Origin: an uncultured virus (IMG/VR IMGVR_UViG_3300049020_000051)
Lineage: Duplodnaviria > Heunggongvirae > Uroviricota > Caudoviricetes
IMG/VR virus record: IMGVR_UViG_3300049020_000051
Direction: 5' to 3' (one strand)
DNA length: 64,000 nucleotides
Under the pieces are notes generated by a model that saw nothing but the letters and a program-made list of their open reading frames with translations, did not search any database and had not been told where the DNA came from. Every line of letters starts with the position of its first letter. Position 1 is the first letter of the stretch. The translations under genes were made by a program, and so were the position numbers. This document shows, piece by piece, positions 37,781 to 46,617 of this stretch.

Positions 37781-38726
37781 AGACCATTCGCAAGAGGTGA
37801 TCGAGGCTGCAGTGGCTCACGAGGTCGGCCACTGCGCACTGAACCACGTCACGCGCCGCGGTGCGCGCCAGCCCAAGCGCTGGAACTACGCGATCGACTA
37901 CGCCACAAACGCGATGCTGGAGGACTGCGGGTTCAACATCCCCGACTGGTTCGTCCACAACGCCGCGTTCAAAGGGATGTCGGCTGAGGAGATCTACACC
38001 CTGCTGCCGCCCGAAGACGAGGACGGCAGTGGCGGCGGCAGCGGCAACAGCAACCACGGCGGCAAGGAGCCTTTCGACCAGCACATGGACTCGAAGGACG
38101 AAAACCTGGCTGCCGAGCTGGAAGTCGCCACGATCCAGGCGGCCCAGGCTCAGCGCGGCCGCGGTGAACTGCCCGGCTCGTTGAAGCGCTTCTGCCCGGA
38201 CCTGGCCGAAGCCAAGGTCGACTGGCGTGCGGTGTTACGCCGCTTCGCTACCGACGCTGCACGCGACGACTTCTCTTGGATGAAGCCGAACCGCGCGTAC
38301 ATGAGCTTGGGCTTCATCATGCCCGGCCTCTACAGCGAGTCGGTGCGCGACATCACGACCGTGATCGACACGTCCGGCTCGATCAACGATCAGATCCTCT
38401 CGGCCTTCGGCGGCGAGATCGCTGACATCCGCAACAACTGCGAGCTGAAGCTGCTGCGCACGATGTACTGCGATGCCGCCATCAACCACGTCGACGAGTT
38501 CGAGCAGCACGATCACTTTGCTGTCACGCCGCATGGCGACGGAGGCACGGACTTCCGCCCGCCCTTCAAGTGGCTGCAGGAGCGTGACATCACGCCCACC
38601 TGCCTCATCTACCTGACCGACGGCTACGGCCCGTTCCCGGCCAGCGCGCCGCCCTATCCCGTGCTCTGGGTGATGACGACCGACATCGTCCCGCCGTTCG
38701 GTGAACACGTGAGGATTCAACTGTGA
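37608..38726 (+). CDS. Metallopeptidase-like (HExxH) + VWA-like protein (DUF2201 type)
   Basis: TMATDG, AHEVGH, IDTSGS MIDAS, GGTDF, YLTDGY. Confidence 0.85.
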   Translation: MSNDTPTKIVKARIGLIKRQPFFGTLALRMKPIMRDDLKPPTMATDGRNLYFHPKFVEDHSQEVIEAAVAHEVGHCALNHVTRRGARQPKRWNYAIDYATNAMLEDCGFNIPDWFVHNAAFKGMSAEEIYTLLPPEDEDGSGGGSGNSNHGGKEPFDQHMDSKDENLAAELEVATIQAAQAQRGRGELPGSLKRFCPDLAEAKVDWRAVLRRFATDAARDDFSWMKPNRAYMSLGFIMPGLYSESVRDITTVIDTSGSINDQILSAFGGEIADIRNNCELKLLRTMYCDAAINHVDEFEQHDHFAVTPHGDGGTDFRPPFKWLQERDITPTCLIYLTDGYGPFPASAPPYPVLWVMTTDIVPPFGEHVRIQL

Positions 38727-39523
38727 ACTACGACCTCCCCAAGCTGCGCGAGATCGCGCTGGTGCTGGAGAACGACGGCGATTTTCACAGCCGCTACAAA
38801 CCGAGTTCTCGGCATGGGAGCCGCCGCGAGCGTATTGACAGGGCGGCGGTGCGGGAAGGGTTCAAAACCACCCAAGCCGAACGTGAACAGCTGCGGCGGT
38901 ACTTCGACAAACTCTGGAATATGCCCGCCCCTGACACGGACGACATTAGCGCCGAAATGTCTGCGCTGCCGACCCTCGATATCCACACTGACAACACGCC
39001 CGAACCGCAGCCCAAGCCGACCGATTACTCGGCGCTGCCGGACGGGACGCGGTTCCGCCTGGTCAACGGCAAGGTCGTGACGAAGGGCGTGTATGACGGG
39101 CCGCTTCGGCACGTCAAACCACGCTCACCGGTCGGCGAGTTTGCTGTTTGGATCATCTCGGACTGCGGCGAAGTCGCCGGGCACCTCAGCTTGCGCTGTA
39201 ACGGCACGAATATCTCCGGTTTGAACTGGGGTATCGCCGAAGTCCTGCCCCCAGAAATTCAACCCGACCACCAGGTCACAACCACCCAGGAGATCCTCAT
39301 GGACGCCATCATCGAAATCACCACCAAGACCCTCGTCAACGGCAAGGACGTCGCCGAGATGAAGGACAGCGAGGTCTACGCCTTGATCGCTGCCCAGGAG
39401 AACAAGGTCAAGGAGCTGGAGGCCATCGGCAACAAGCCCAAGAAGCTGGTGGCCGAGATCGACAAGCGCAAGGCCGGCATCCAGGCCTTGGTCGACTACC
39501 TCGACAGCAAAGAGCTGGCATGA
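38723..39523 (+). CDS. Mosaic hypothetical protein; probable internal start at 39299
   Basis: 266-aa ORF; CAGGAG RBS before MDAIIEITTK. Confidence 0.6.
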   Translation: MNYDLPKLREIALVLENDGDFHSRYKPSSRHGSRRERIDRAAVREGFKTTQAEREQLRRYFDKLWNMPAPDTDDISAEMSALPTLDIHTDNTPEPQPKPTDYSALPDGTRFRLVNGKVVTKGVYDGPLRHVKPRSPVGEFAVWIISDCGEVAGHLSLRCNGTNISGLNWGIAEVLPPEIQPDHQVTTTQEILMDAIIEITTKTLVNGKDVAEMKDSEVYALIAAQENKVKELEAIGNKPKKLVAEIDKRKAGIQALVDYLDSKELA

Positions 39524-39822
39524 AGCTCGACCGGAACATCAGCGTTGGCCTGGACTACTGCATCGGCACGCCGGTTGCAGACTTGGCTAAGCGCGAGGGC
39601 ATCGCTGTCTCCCGCGTCTATCAAATCCTGAACAAGCTGGCGTTCCGGCACTGCTACTCGCACTCGATCACCATCGTCTCTAAGGACCGGATGCTGCGGG
39701 CGCTGCGCGACGAAGCCGAGAGGTATCTCGCCCACAACCAATATGTCGAGCCGGGGACGGCTCAGACGCCCGAAGAGTTCTACGCCGAGATGCTCAATGA
39801 GCCGCGCATTCACAACTTCTAA
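39520..39822 (+). CDS. Possible HTH protein
   Basis: VADLAKREGIAVSRVYQIL HTH-like segment. Confidence 0.5.
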   Translation: MKLDRNISVGLDYCIGTPVADLAKREGIAVSRVYQILNKLAFRHCYSHSITIVSKDRMLRALRDEAERYLAHNQYVEPGTAQTPEEFYAEMLNEPRIHNF

Positions 39823-40435
39823 AAAGCTCAAAGGTTTCTCTTTCGAGGAACTTAGCGACGCCGCTAAAGAAACTGCGCGTGAGTGGTGGCGGTCTTGCAA
39901 TACCCACGACGACGGCTGGTATGAGCCGGTGCAGGAAGACGCTATCAAAGTGTTCGCACTGTTTGGTTTCAGCGTCGAAGCCGATGACATTGCCTTTAGC
40001 GGTTTCTCCAGCCAGGGCGACGGCGCCTCGTTCGACGGGTATTACATCCCGCCGGAGATTCCCGTCGTGAAGGCGATCGAAGAACATGCTCCGAAGGACG
40101 AAACCCTGAAGGGTTTGGCAGGGCGTATTGACGTCCTGCAGACAACTCTTCAGCTGCGGTGGAACGCGAGTTTCCGTTGCCGCTTTTATCGAATGGGTCG
40201 ACACTTCCATAGCGGCTGTATGCAGCTCGACGAAGGCGAATTGCGCCCCGGCGACCCGGATGATTTTGAAGACCGCGACCATACAGAAGACGAAATGAAA
40301 GCGATCGCGCGCGGCCTGGCTGATTGGCTGTATTCAAACCTCGAAGCCGAGAGCGAATATCTTCAATCCGACGAAGTCATCGACGAGGCCTTGGCTGGTA
40401 GCTACCGGTTCGACGAACTCGGCCATATCATCTAA
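39797..40435 (+). CDS. Acidic phage hypothetical protein
   Basis: F-x-ELSDAAKE-x-AREWW...FSGFSSQGDGASF motif. Confidence 0.7.
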   Translation: MSRAFTTSKKLKGFSFEELSDAAKETAREWWRSCNTHDDGWYEPVQEDAIKVFALFGFSVEADDIAFSGFSSQGDGASFDGYYIPPEIPVVKAIEEHAPKDETLKGLAGRIDVLQTTLQLRWNASFRCRFYRMGRHFHSGCMQLDEGELRPGDPDDFEDRDHTEDEMKAIARGLADWLYSNLEAESEYLQSDEVIDEALAGSYRFDELGHII

Positions 40436-40443
40436 GTTCGATC
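40429..40443. promoter_or_regulatory. Operator-like site CATCTAAGTTCGATC
   Basis: Variant of 15-bp palindrome at gene junction. Confidence 0.65.
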
Positions 40444-40461
40444 TACGAAAGAACTACACCC

Positions 40462-41166
40462 ATGGCTGTCACCTCCTGGTCGCACTCCAAGCTCGTTGAC
40501 TTCGAGAAGTGCAAAAAGATGTTCTGGCTCAAGCATGACCAGAAGATCCCCGAGCCCGAGCGTCCCCTGCCCCCGGGCAAGCTGGAGCACGCCAATGACC
40601 GCGGCACGCGCATCCATCAGAGCTGCGAGGACTACGTCAACGGCACGTCCGCCGAGCTGTGCTGGGAAGCCGAGAAGCACTTCGGCCCCGAGCTGGATCT
40701 GCTGCGCGTACTGCACGCCCAGGGCATGGTCTCGCTCGAAGGCGAGTGGGCTATGGACAACGAGTGGGTCTCCGCCGCCTGGAAGACCGGCTGGCTGCGC
40801 CTGAAGCTCGATGCCATCGTGCATCTGAGCAAGCAGCAGGCCATCGTCATCGACTACAAGTCGGGCAAGAAGTTCGGCAACGAGATCAAGCACGGCGAGC
40901 AGCTGCAGCTCTACGCGCTGGTCTCGTTCCTCCGCTACCCCGAGCTGGAACACGTCACCGCCGAGCTCTGGTACGTCGACCAGAACGAAGTGACCACGTT
41001 GCGCTTCACGCGCGACCAGGCCCTGCGCTTCCGTCCCAAATGGGACAGCCGCGGCCACAAGATCACCAGCTGCACGGACTTCCCGGCAAACCCCAACGTC
41101 TTCAGCTGCAAGTGGTGCCCGTACGGGCCGGCCGGCACAGGCCACTGCGCCGTGGGGAAACAATGA
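40462..41166 (+). CDS. PD-(D/E)XK (RecB/Cas4-like) nuclease
   Basis: SWSHSKL-x4-KC, KLD...IDYKSG, QLQLYA, CKWC...C. Confidence 0.8.
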   Translation: MAVTSWSHSKLVDFEKCKKMFWLKHDQKIPEPERPLPPGKLEHANDRGTRIHQSCEDYVNGTSAELCWEAEKHFGPELDLLRVLHAQGMVSLEGEWAMDNEWVSAAWKTGWLRLKLDAIVHLSKQQAIVIDYKSGKKFGNEIKHGEQLQLYALVSFLRYPELEHVTAELWYVDQNEVTTLRFTRDQALRFRPKWDSRGHKITSCTDFPANPNVFSCKWCPYGPAGTGHCAVGKQ

Positions 41167-41417
41167 ACCGCTACTTCCATGCGCTCAGCGCCGCTGTCGG
41201 CCCGCGTGTGCCCGCCCTGCCCTGGGTCGCCACCAGCCTGGCCGAGGCTGTCGACGAAGTCACGCTCGAAGGCGGTGACCCGACGAACGACCCGGCGGTG
41301 CTGCTGCTCGGCGCCTTCGTCGCATTCCACACCCACGCCGACGTCAACACGACAGGCGGTTATCACAAGCTCATCGACCTGTGCTTCGCCCAGGTCTACG
41401 GGAGGACTCTGCAGTGA
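41163..41417 (+). CDS. Hypothetical protein
   Basis: ATGA/GTGA-coupled. Confidence 0.55.
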   Translation: MNRYFHALSAAVGPRVPALPWVATSLAEAVDEVTLEGGDPTNDPAVLLLGAFVAFHTHADVNTTGGYHKLIDLCFAQVYGRTLQ

Positions 41418-42865
41418 TCAAGAGCCGCGCCAAGGCCGCCCTCAAGGCCATGAAGCACCAGGTCGTGTCCCTCAAGCACGACGAATCCTCGCCTCTCGTG
41501 TTCGACATGAGCGACGCCGGCACGGGCAAGACCTTCGTGCGCATCATGGGCTTCGCCAAGCGCCGGGCCAAAGGCGGCGGACCGCTGCTGGTTCTGGCCC
41601 CGCGCTCCCTGCTTCGCGTGGCGTGGGAGGCAGATATCCGGAAGTTCGCGCCACACCTCACCGTCTCGGTGGCCACGGCTGACGTTCGCGAGAAGGCGTT
41701 CAACGTCGACGCTGACGTCTACGTTGCAAATCACGACGCTGTGAAGTGGTTGGCCAAGCAGAAGCCAGCGTTCCTCCGCAAGTTCGACGGTGGCGAGGTC
41801 GTCGTCGACGAGTCGCCGGCCTACAAGCATCACGCCAGCCAACGCTCCAAAGCTGCGGCGAAGGTGCTCAAGCGCTTCGACCGCCGGGCCTGCCTGACGG
41901 CCACGCCGACCAGCAACGGCATCACCGACCTCTGGCACCAAGTCCACCTCCTTGATGGTGGCCGGCGCCTTGGCCCCAGCTACTTCGGCTTCCGCAACAC
42001 CGTGTGCCAGCCCAAACAGGTGGGCCAAAACGACAAGGCCATCCGCTGGACCGACAAAGAAGGTGCCGAGGAGGCGGTCTACGGTCTGATCACCGACATC
42101 GTGATCCGTCACCGTCGCCAGGACTGCATCGACATCCCAGCGACGCAGACCCACACCACCGGCTACGACATGACGCCTAAGCAGCAGGCCATGTACGACA
42201 AGATGGAGCAAGACCAGCTCATCCCCATCCTAGGCTCGCTGCCTGACCAGGTCACTGCCGCGCTGACTGGTCGTAAGGCCAAGATCATGGCCGTCAACGC
42301 GGCCGCCGTCGTCACGAAGTTGCTGCAGATCGCCAGCGGCGCGGTCTACGACGGCACTGGTGGCTACAGCGTGATCGATACGTCACGCTACGAACTGATC
42401 ATGGATCTGGCCGAGGCGCGTAAGCACCCGCTGGTGTTCTTCTTCTGGAAGCACCAGCGCGACCTCATGATTGCCGAGGCCACCAAGCGCAGCATGTCGT
42501 TCGCGGTGATCGACGCCGACACCACCGACGCAGAGCGCTTCGCCATCGTCTCGCAATACCAGCTCGGTCAATATGACGTGCTGTTTGCGCACCCGCAGAG
42601 CGCTGCGCACGGCCTGACCCTCACCAAGGGCAACAGCACCATCTGGCCTGGCCCTACCTACAACCTGGAGTGGTTCGTACAGGGCAGCCAGCGTCAGGCA
42701 CGCATCGGCCAGAAGAGCAAGACCGAAGTCCTCACCGTGATCGCCAACGGATCGCGTGAGGCGGAGATCTATGACCACATCCTCATGCCGAAGAACACCC
42801 GTATGAGCAATCTGCTGAACTTGGTTGCGCTGGGCACTGAGGACCGCGAGCTGGAGATGGCATGA
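41414..42865 (+). CDS. SNF2-family helicase
   Basis: DAGTGKT, VVDES, LTATP, HGLTL, Q-x3-R-x2-RIGQ. Confidence 0.85.
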   Translation: MIKSRAKAALKAMKHQVVSLKHDESSPLVFDMSDAGTGKTFVRIMGFAKRRAKGGGPLLVLAPRSLLRVAWEADIRKFAPHLTVSVATADVREKAFNVDADVYVANHDAVKWLAKQKPAFLRKFDGGEVVVDESPAYKHHASQRSKAAAKVLKRFDRRACLTATPTSNGITDLWHQVHLLDGGRRLGPSYFGFRNTVCQPKQVGQNDKAIRWTDKEGAEEAVYGLITDIVIRHRRQDCIDIPATQTHTTGYDMTPKQQAMYDKMEQDQLIPILGSLPDQVTAALTGRKAKIMAVNAAAVVTKLLQIASGAVYDGTGGYSVIDTSRYELIMDLAEARKHPLVFFFWKHQRDLMIAEATKRSMSFAVIDADTTDAERFAIVSQYQLGQYDVLFAHPQSAAHGLTLTKGNSTIWPGPTYNLEWFVQGSQRQARIGQKSKTEVLTVIANGSREAEIYDHILMPKNTRMSNLLNLVALGTEDRELEMA

Positions 42866-45039
42866 GCTGGGCATCCGCTGTCAAAGATCGGCCGGTTCAA
42901 ACCAAAGCCGACCTCACCCGCAAGCCGTCGTTGATCCCCGAGGGGTTCTTCAAGCCGGTGTTCGAGGCCGAGGTTATCGACTGGGCTCACCTGGTCGCCC
43001 TCGACTTCGAGACGCATTACGACGACGACTACACGCTGAGCAAGTTGAGCACGTCGGAGTACATCCGCGACCCTCGCTTCGAGGCGCTGATGATCGGCGT
43101 GAAGGTCGGCAACGCCAAACGGATCGTGGTGCCCGGCAATAAGCTCAAGACCTACCTCAAGACGATCCCGTGGGCTTTCTACAGCCTGCTCTGCCACAAC
43201 ACGCAGTTCGACGGCTTCATCCTGAGCCATCACTACGGCATCGTGCCGAAGCGCTACTACTGCTCGCTGTCGATGGCGCGTGCGCTGCACAGCAACGACA
43301 TCGGCGGCAGCCTGCACGAGGTGTCGCTGTTCTATGGCGGCGCCGGCAAGTTCGCCACCGGCACCGAGGACTTCAAGGGTCTGCGGTTCAAGGAACTCTT
43401 CGCCAACAAGTCGAAGTGGAAGAACGCCTCCACCTATTGCGGCCAGGACGTCGACGAGATGCTGCGCATCTTCAAGGCCATGGTGCCGAAGATGCCCCGG
43501 ACCGAGATGGACTTGATCAACCTGGTCACACGCATGTTCTGCGACCCGGTGCTCAAAGTCGACATCCCGCGCGTTGAGAAGGAGCTTGCTCGTGAAATCG
43601 CCGCGCGCAAAGCCGCGCTACTGGGCATCGTCAAGGAATCCGACTACGCCCACGAAATCAAGCTGATTCTGAAGACCAAGGACGAACGGGAGCTGGTCGG
43701 CGAAGACCGCGCCATGCTGGTGGCCAAGCGGGTTATCGGCAGCAACGAGCGGTTCGCGAACCTGCTGCGCGCCGAAGGCGTCGAGCCGCCGGTCAAGATC
43801 AGCCCGGCCTGGATCAAGAAATCCGTGGCCGAGCGCGACGACGACAGCAAGTGGACGTACGCGTTCGCCAAGGACGATCTCGACTTCATCAACCTCCCCG
43901 ATGACGTCGATGCGCTGTCCGAGGGCCTGAACCTGGCTAAGGTCGCGGACGTGAAGAAGCTGGCCGCACGGCAAGCCCGGCTCCGCGCTCTCGTCGATGC
44001 GCGCCTGGCCGTCAAGTCCACGACCAATATCACCCGCGCCGAGCGCTTCTTGAAGGCTGGCGCAAACGGCATGAAGCTGCCAGTGGGCTATGCCTACTAC
44101 CGCGCCCACACCGGTCGGTTGGGCGGCAACAACAAGATGAACATGCAGAACCTCACCCGTGGTGGTGAGCTCCGCCTGTCCATCCTGGCACCGGCCGGCT
44201 ACATGCTGGCTGTGTGCGATTCGGGTCAGATCGAAGCCCGCGTAAACGGCTGGCTCTGGGGTCAGCAGGATCTGCTCGATGCCTTCCGTGCATCGGACTC
44301 CTGGGACAAGTCCAAGGGTGTGGCCACCGGTGCCAATCTCGACGCCTATTGCCGCTTCGCGACAGCAGTGTACGGTCGCGAGATCACGACGAAGGACAAG
44401 GACGAACGCTTCCTGGGCAAGGTCTGCGTGCTCGGTCTGGGCTACCAAATGGGCGCACCGAAGCTGCAGCTAACCCTCGCAAAGGGCGCGCTAGGCGGCC
44501 CGCCGATCTTCCTGTCACTCGACCGTTGCCACGAGATCGTCAACACCTACCGGCGTCTGAACCACCGCATCCAGAACGGCTGGAAGATCTGCTCGCAGAT
44601 CATCGAAGACATGGCGGCGGGGCGAGGCGGTTCGCACGGTCCGATCTCCTGGGAGAAGGAGACCGTGTGGCTGCCCAACGGCATGGCGTTGAAGTACCCG
44701 GACCTCAAGAAGCGCCTGAACGACAACGGCTACGACGAGTGGACCTACCAGGGCATGCTCAAGGGCACGCCGGTCCGCAAGAAGATCTACGGCGGCCTGC
44801 TGTGCGAGAACATCGTCCAAGCGCTGGCCCGGATCATCGTGATGTACCAGACCTTGGAGATCGACAAGATCGACCGGGTCGTCATGAGCACGCACGACGA
44901 GGCTGTGGCCTGCATCAAGAAAGCCCGCGCGTCGTCAGCGATGACGCGGATGTTGAAGCTGATGAAGACGCCACCCAAGTGGTGCGCGGACATTCCGTTG
45001 AATGCCGAGGGTGGCTTCGATGTCAACTACTCGAAGTGA
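42862..45039 (+). CDS. Family A DNA polymerase with 3'-5' exonuclease
   Basis: LDFET, HNTQFD, AHTGR, DSGQIEAR, RFLGKVCVLGLGY, THDE. Confidence 0.9.
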   Translation: MSWASAVKDRPVQTKADLTRKPSLIPEGFFKPVFEAEVIDWAHLVALDFETHYDDDYTLSKLSTSEYIRDPRFEALMIGVKVGNAKRIVVPGNKLKTYLKTIPWAFYSLLCHNTQFDGFILSHHYGIVPKRYYCSLSMARALHSNDIGGSLHEVSLFYGGAGKFATGTEDFKGLRFKELFANKSKWKNASTYCGQDVDEMLRIFKAMVPKMPRTEMDLINLVTRMFCDPVLKVDIPRVEKELAREIAARKAALLGIVKESDYAHEIKLILKTKDERELVGEDRAMLVAKRVIGSNERFANLLRAEGVEPPVKISPAWIKKSVAERDDDSKWTYAFAKDDLDFINLPDDVDALSEGLNLAKVADVKKLAARQARLRALVDARLAVKSTTNITRAERFLKAGANGMKLPVGYAYYRAHTGRLGGNNKMNMQNLTRGGELRLSILAPAGYMLAVCDSGQIEARVNGWLWGQQDLLDAFRASDSWDKSKGVATGANLDAYCRFATAVYGREITTKDKDERFLGKVCVLGLGYQMGAPKLQLTLAKGALGGPPIFLSLDRCHEIVNTYRRLNHRIQNGWKICSQIIEDMAAGRGGSHGPISWEKETVWLPNGMALKYPDLKKRLNDNGYDEWTYQGMLKGTPVRKKIYGGLLCENIVQALARIIVMYQTLEIDKIDRVVMSTHDEAVACIKKARASSAMTRMLKLMKTPPKWCADIPLNAEGGFDVNYSK

Positions 45040-45229
45040 CGGGCTGAAGATCACGAAAGTCTTTCCGCGAAGGCCGCCCAACTCCGGTTGGGTCTGCTTC
45101 GTCCGATGGCACAACGACGGTGGCCCATATGCCTGGTATGGCCTCAGCCCGCTCGGTGCCATGAAACGCGCAGTGCGGGGCGCTCGTGCCTTGATGATTA
45201 AAGAGGTATCTACGGAGCTGCGCAAATGA
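45020..45229 (+). CDS. Microprotein ending EVSTELRK
   Basis: First of seven overlapping microgenes. Confidence 0.65.
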   Translation: MSTTRSDGLKITKVFPRRPPNSGWVCFVRWHNDGGPYAWYGLSPLGAMKRAVRGARALMIKEVSTELRK

Positions 45230-45450
45230 AGCGCCAGCGCGCCGACGGGCTGCAGATCGAGCGAGTCGAACACGTCAACAACTTTGTGTACTGCTGGAGG
45301 TGCGTCTACACGCGCCGCCGCACACGCCTGGTCGCCAGCAGCACGACGCGCTTCGGCGCCATGCGTGAAGCAGTGCGGAGTTCTAACGAGGCGCTCGCTC
45401 ACGAGCTGGCGACTGAGCTGCGCGACCGAGGAAGGATCAACTGGCCATGA
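45226..45450 (+). CDS. Microprotein with ELATELR
   Basis: ATGA-coupled. Confidence 0.65.
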   Translation: MKRQRADGLQIERVEHVNNFVYCWRCVYTRRRTRLVASSTTRFGAMREAVRSSNEALAHELATELRDRGRINWP

Positions 45451-45653
45451 AGCCCGCTCGCTATTTCCAGGTTGAACACTGCAAGCCGCGTGAACCCTCC
45501 TATGACAACGAACAGACCTGGCAGGCGGAGCTCTGGTGGCGCGGTCATCCGTTCATTTGGTTTGGCAACTCGGCCTGGACCGCGATCCTCTCCGGCGCTC
45601 GTGTTCTTCGGCGATGGGAAGTCTCCAAGTTGTCGAGGGAACTGATGCGATGA
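45447..45653 (+). CDS. Microprotein ending KLSRELMR
   Basis: ATGA-coupled. Confidence 0.65.
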   Translation: MKPARYFQVEHCKPREPSYDNEQTWQAELWWRGHPFIWFGNSAWTAILSGARVLRRWEVSKLSRELMR

Positions 45654-45850
45654 AGCTCTTCAAGATCACTTCCGTCCGCCGGTCCCAAACCGGCCCTGGC
45701 TGGGTTGCCAACGCCGAGTCGCTCACCCTGACGCACAAGACCGGCTACACCGGCGCCATCGGACGCACACCGCTCGAAGCTGCGCGCTACGTGAAACGGA
45801 CGGTGCAGCGCGACATCGTCAACCAGACAACGCGGGAGCTGCGGAGGTGA
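45650..45850 (+). CDS. Microprotein ending QTTRELRR
   Basis: ATGA-coupled. Confidence 0.65.
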   Translation: MKLFKITSVRRSQTGPGWVANAESLTLTHKTGYTGAIGRTPLEAARYVKRTVQRDIVNQTTRELRR

Positions 45851-46074
45851 GCATGACGGTCTACGACAACCTCCGCCGCGCCGATTGGCTTGTCGTCAAG
45901 CGCACCTTCGGCGACACCGAGCTGCACGTCAGCTACAAGGACAAGGTCCGGCGCGTCTTCATGCCGTTTCACGCCTACCCTCAGGAGCTCTGGGACAAGG
46001 CCTGCGCAACGCGGCTTGAGATGGTCGCCGAGTGGAACGCCATCCGCGACGTCACTAAGGCGCTGATGTCATGA
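45847..46074 (+). CDS. Microprotein ending DVTKALMS
   Basis: GTGA-coupled (or ATG 45853). Confidence 0.65.
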   Translation: MSMTVYDNLRRADWLVVKRTFGDTELHVSYKDKVRRVFMPFHAYPQELWDKACATRLEMVAEWNAIRDVTKALMS

Positions 46075-46325
46075 CCGACACCGAGATCCTCAACGCTCTT
46101 GAAGAGGCGATGGGCGACGAGATCGCCATCGAGTTCAAACGCATCTGGCTCACGAGCCGAAGCTCCAAGTGGACTGTGAGCTACCAGGCTCAGTTCGAAG
46201 AGAAGGGCCAGCGGCAACTGTTCTCGATGGGCGGCGGTGCAGGTTTGCGCGACGCGATCCTCAAAGCCATCGACAACGACGTAGGCCGACGCGTTGACAA
46301 CGTCACGAAAGAACTACGCCAATGA
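46071..46325 (+). CDS. Microprotein MTDTEILN...NVTKELRQ
   Basis: ATGA-coupled. Confidence 0.7.
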   Translation: MTDTEILNALEEAMGDEIAIEFKRIWLTSRSSKWTVSYQAQFEEKGQRQLFSMGGGAGLRDAILKAIDNDVGRRVDNVTKELRQ

Positions 46326-46549
46326 CCGACACCGAGATCCTCAACTACCTGCAAGAGTCCGTCACCTACCGCCGCCGACGCAAAGGGCCGGAAGACATCG
46401 AGATCGGTTCGGTGACGTTCACCGTTGGTCTGCGCCCGAAGAACCTTCGCGAGCTTCTCGTCGAGGCGATCGCTGTTGACCTGGGCGTCCGCGAGCAGCG
46501 CGCCTGCAGCGAGGTAACCGCCGAGCTGTTGGGTGGCGGGAACAGTTAG
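46322..46549 (+). CDS. Microprotein MTDTEILN...EVTAELLG
   Basis: ATGA-coupled; first 24 nt identical to the previous gene. Confidence 0.7.
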   Translation: MTDTEILNYLQESVTYRRRRKGPEDIEIGSVTFTVGLRPKNLRELLVEAIAVDLGVREQRACSEVTAELLGGGNS

Positions 46550-46574
46550 GTGCGTTGAACTTTCTTCGCCCTCT

Positions 46575-46595
46575 CATCTAATTTCGATCTACACT
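46575..46595 (+). promoter_or_regulatory. Operator-like site plus TACACT -10-like hexamer
   Basis: CATCTAATTTCGATC-TACACT. Confidence 0.65.
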
Positions 46596-46617
46596 CCGTC
46601 TAACAAAGGAGCACGCA

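Noticed and set aside
39500..39523. DSKELA ending as another V[TS]xEL tag
   Set aside because: Lacks the hydrophobic residue and is fully explained by the SD-like AAAGAG for the ATGA-coupled next gene
40462..41166. cas4 of a CRISPR system
   Set aside because: Stand-alone phage PD-(D/E)XK nuclease in a replication cluster, no other cas genes
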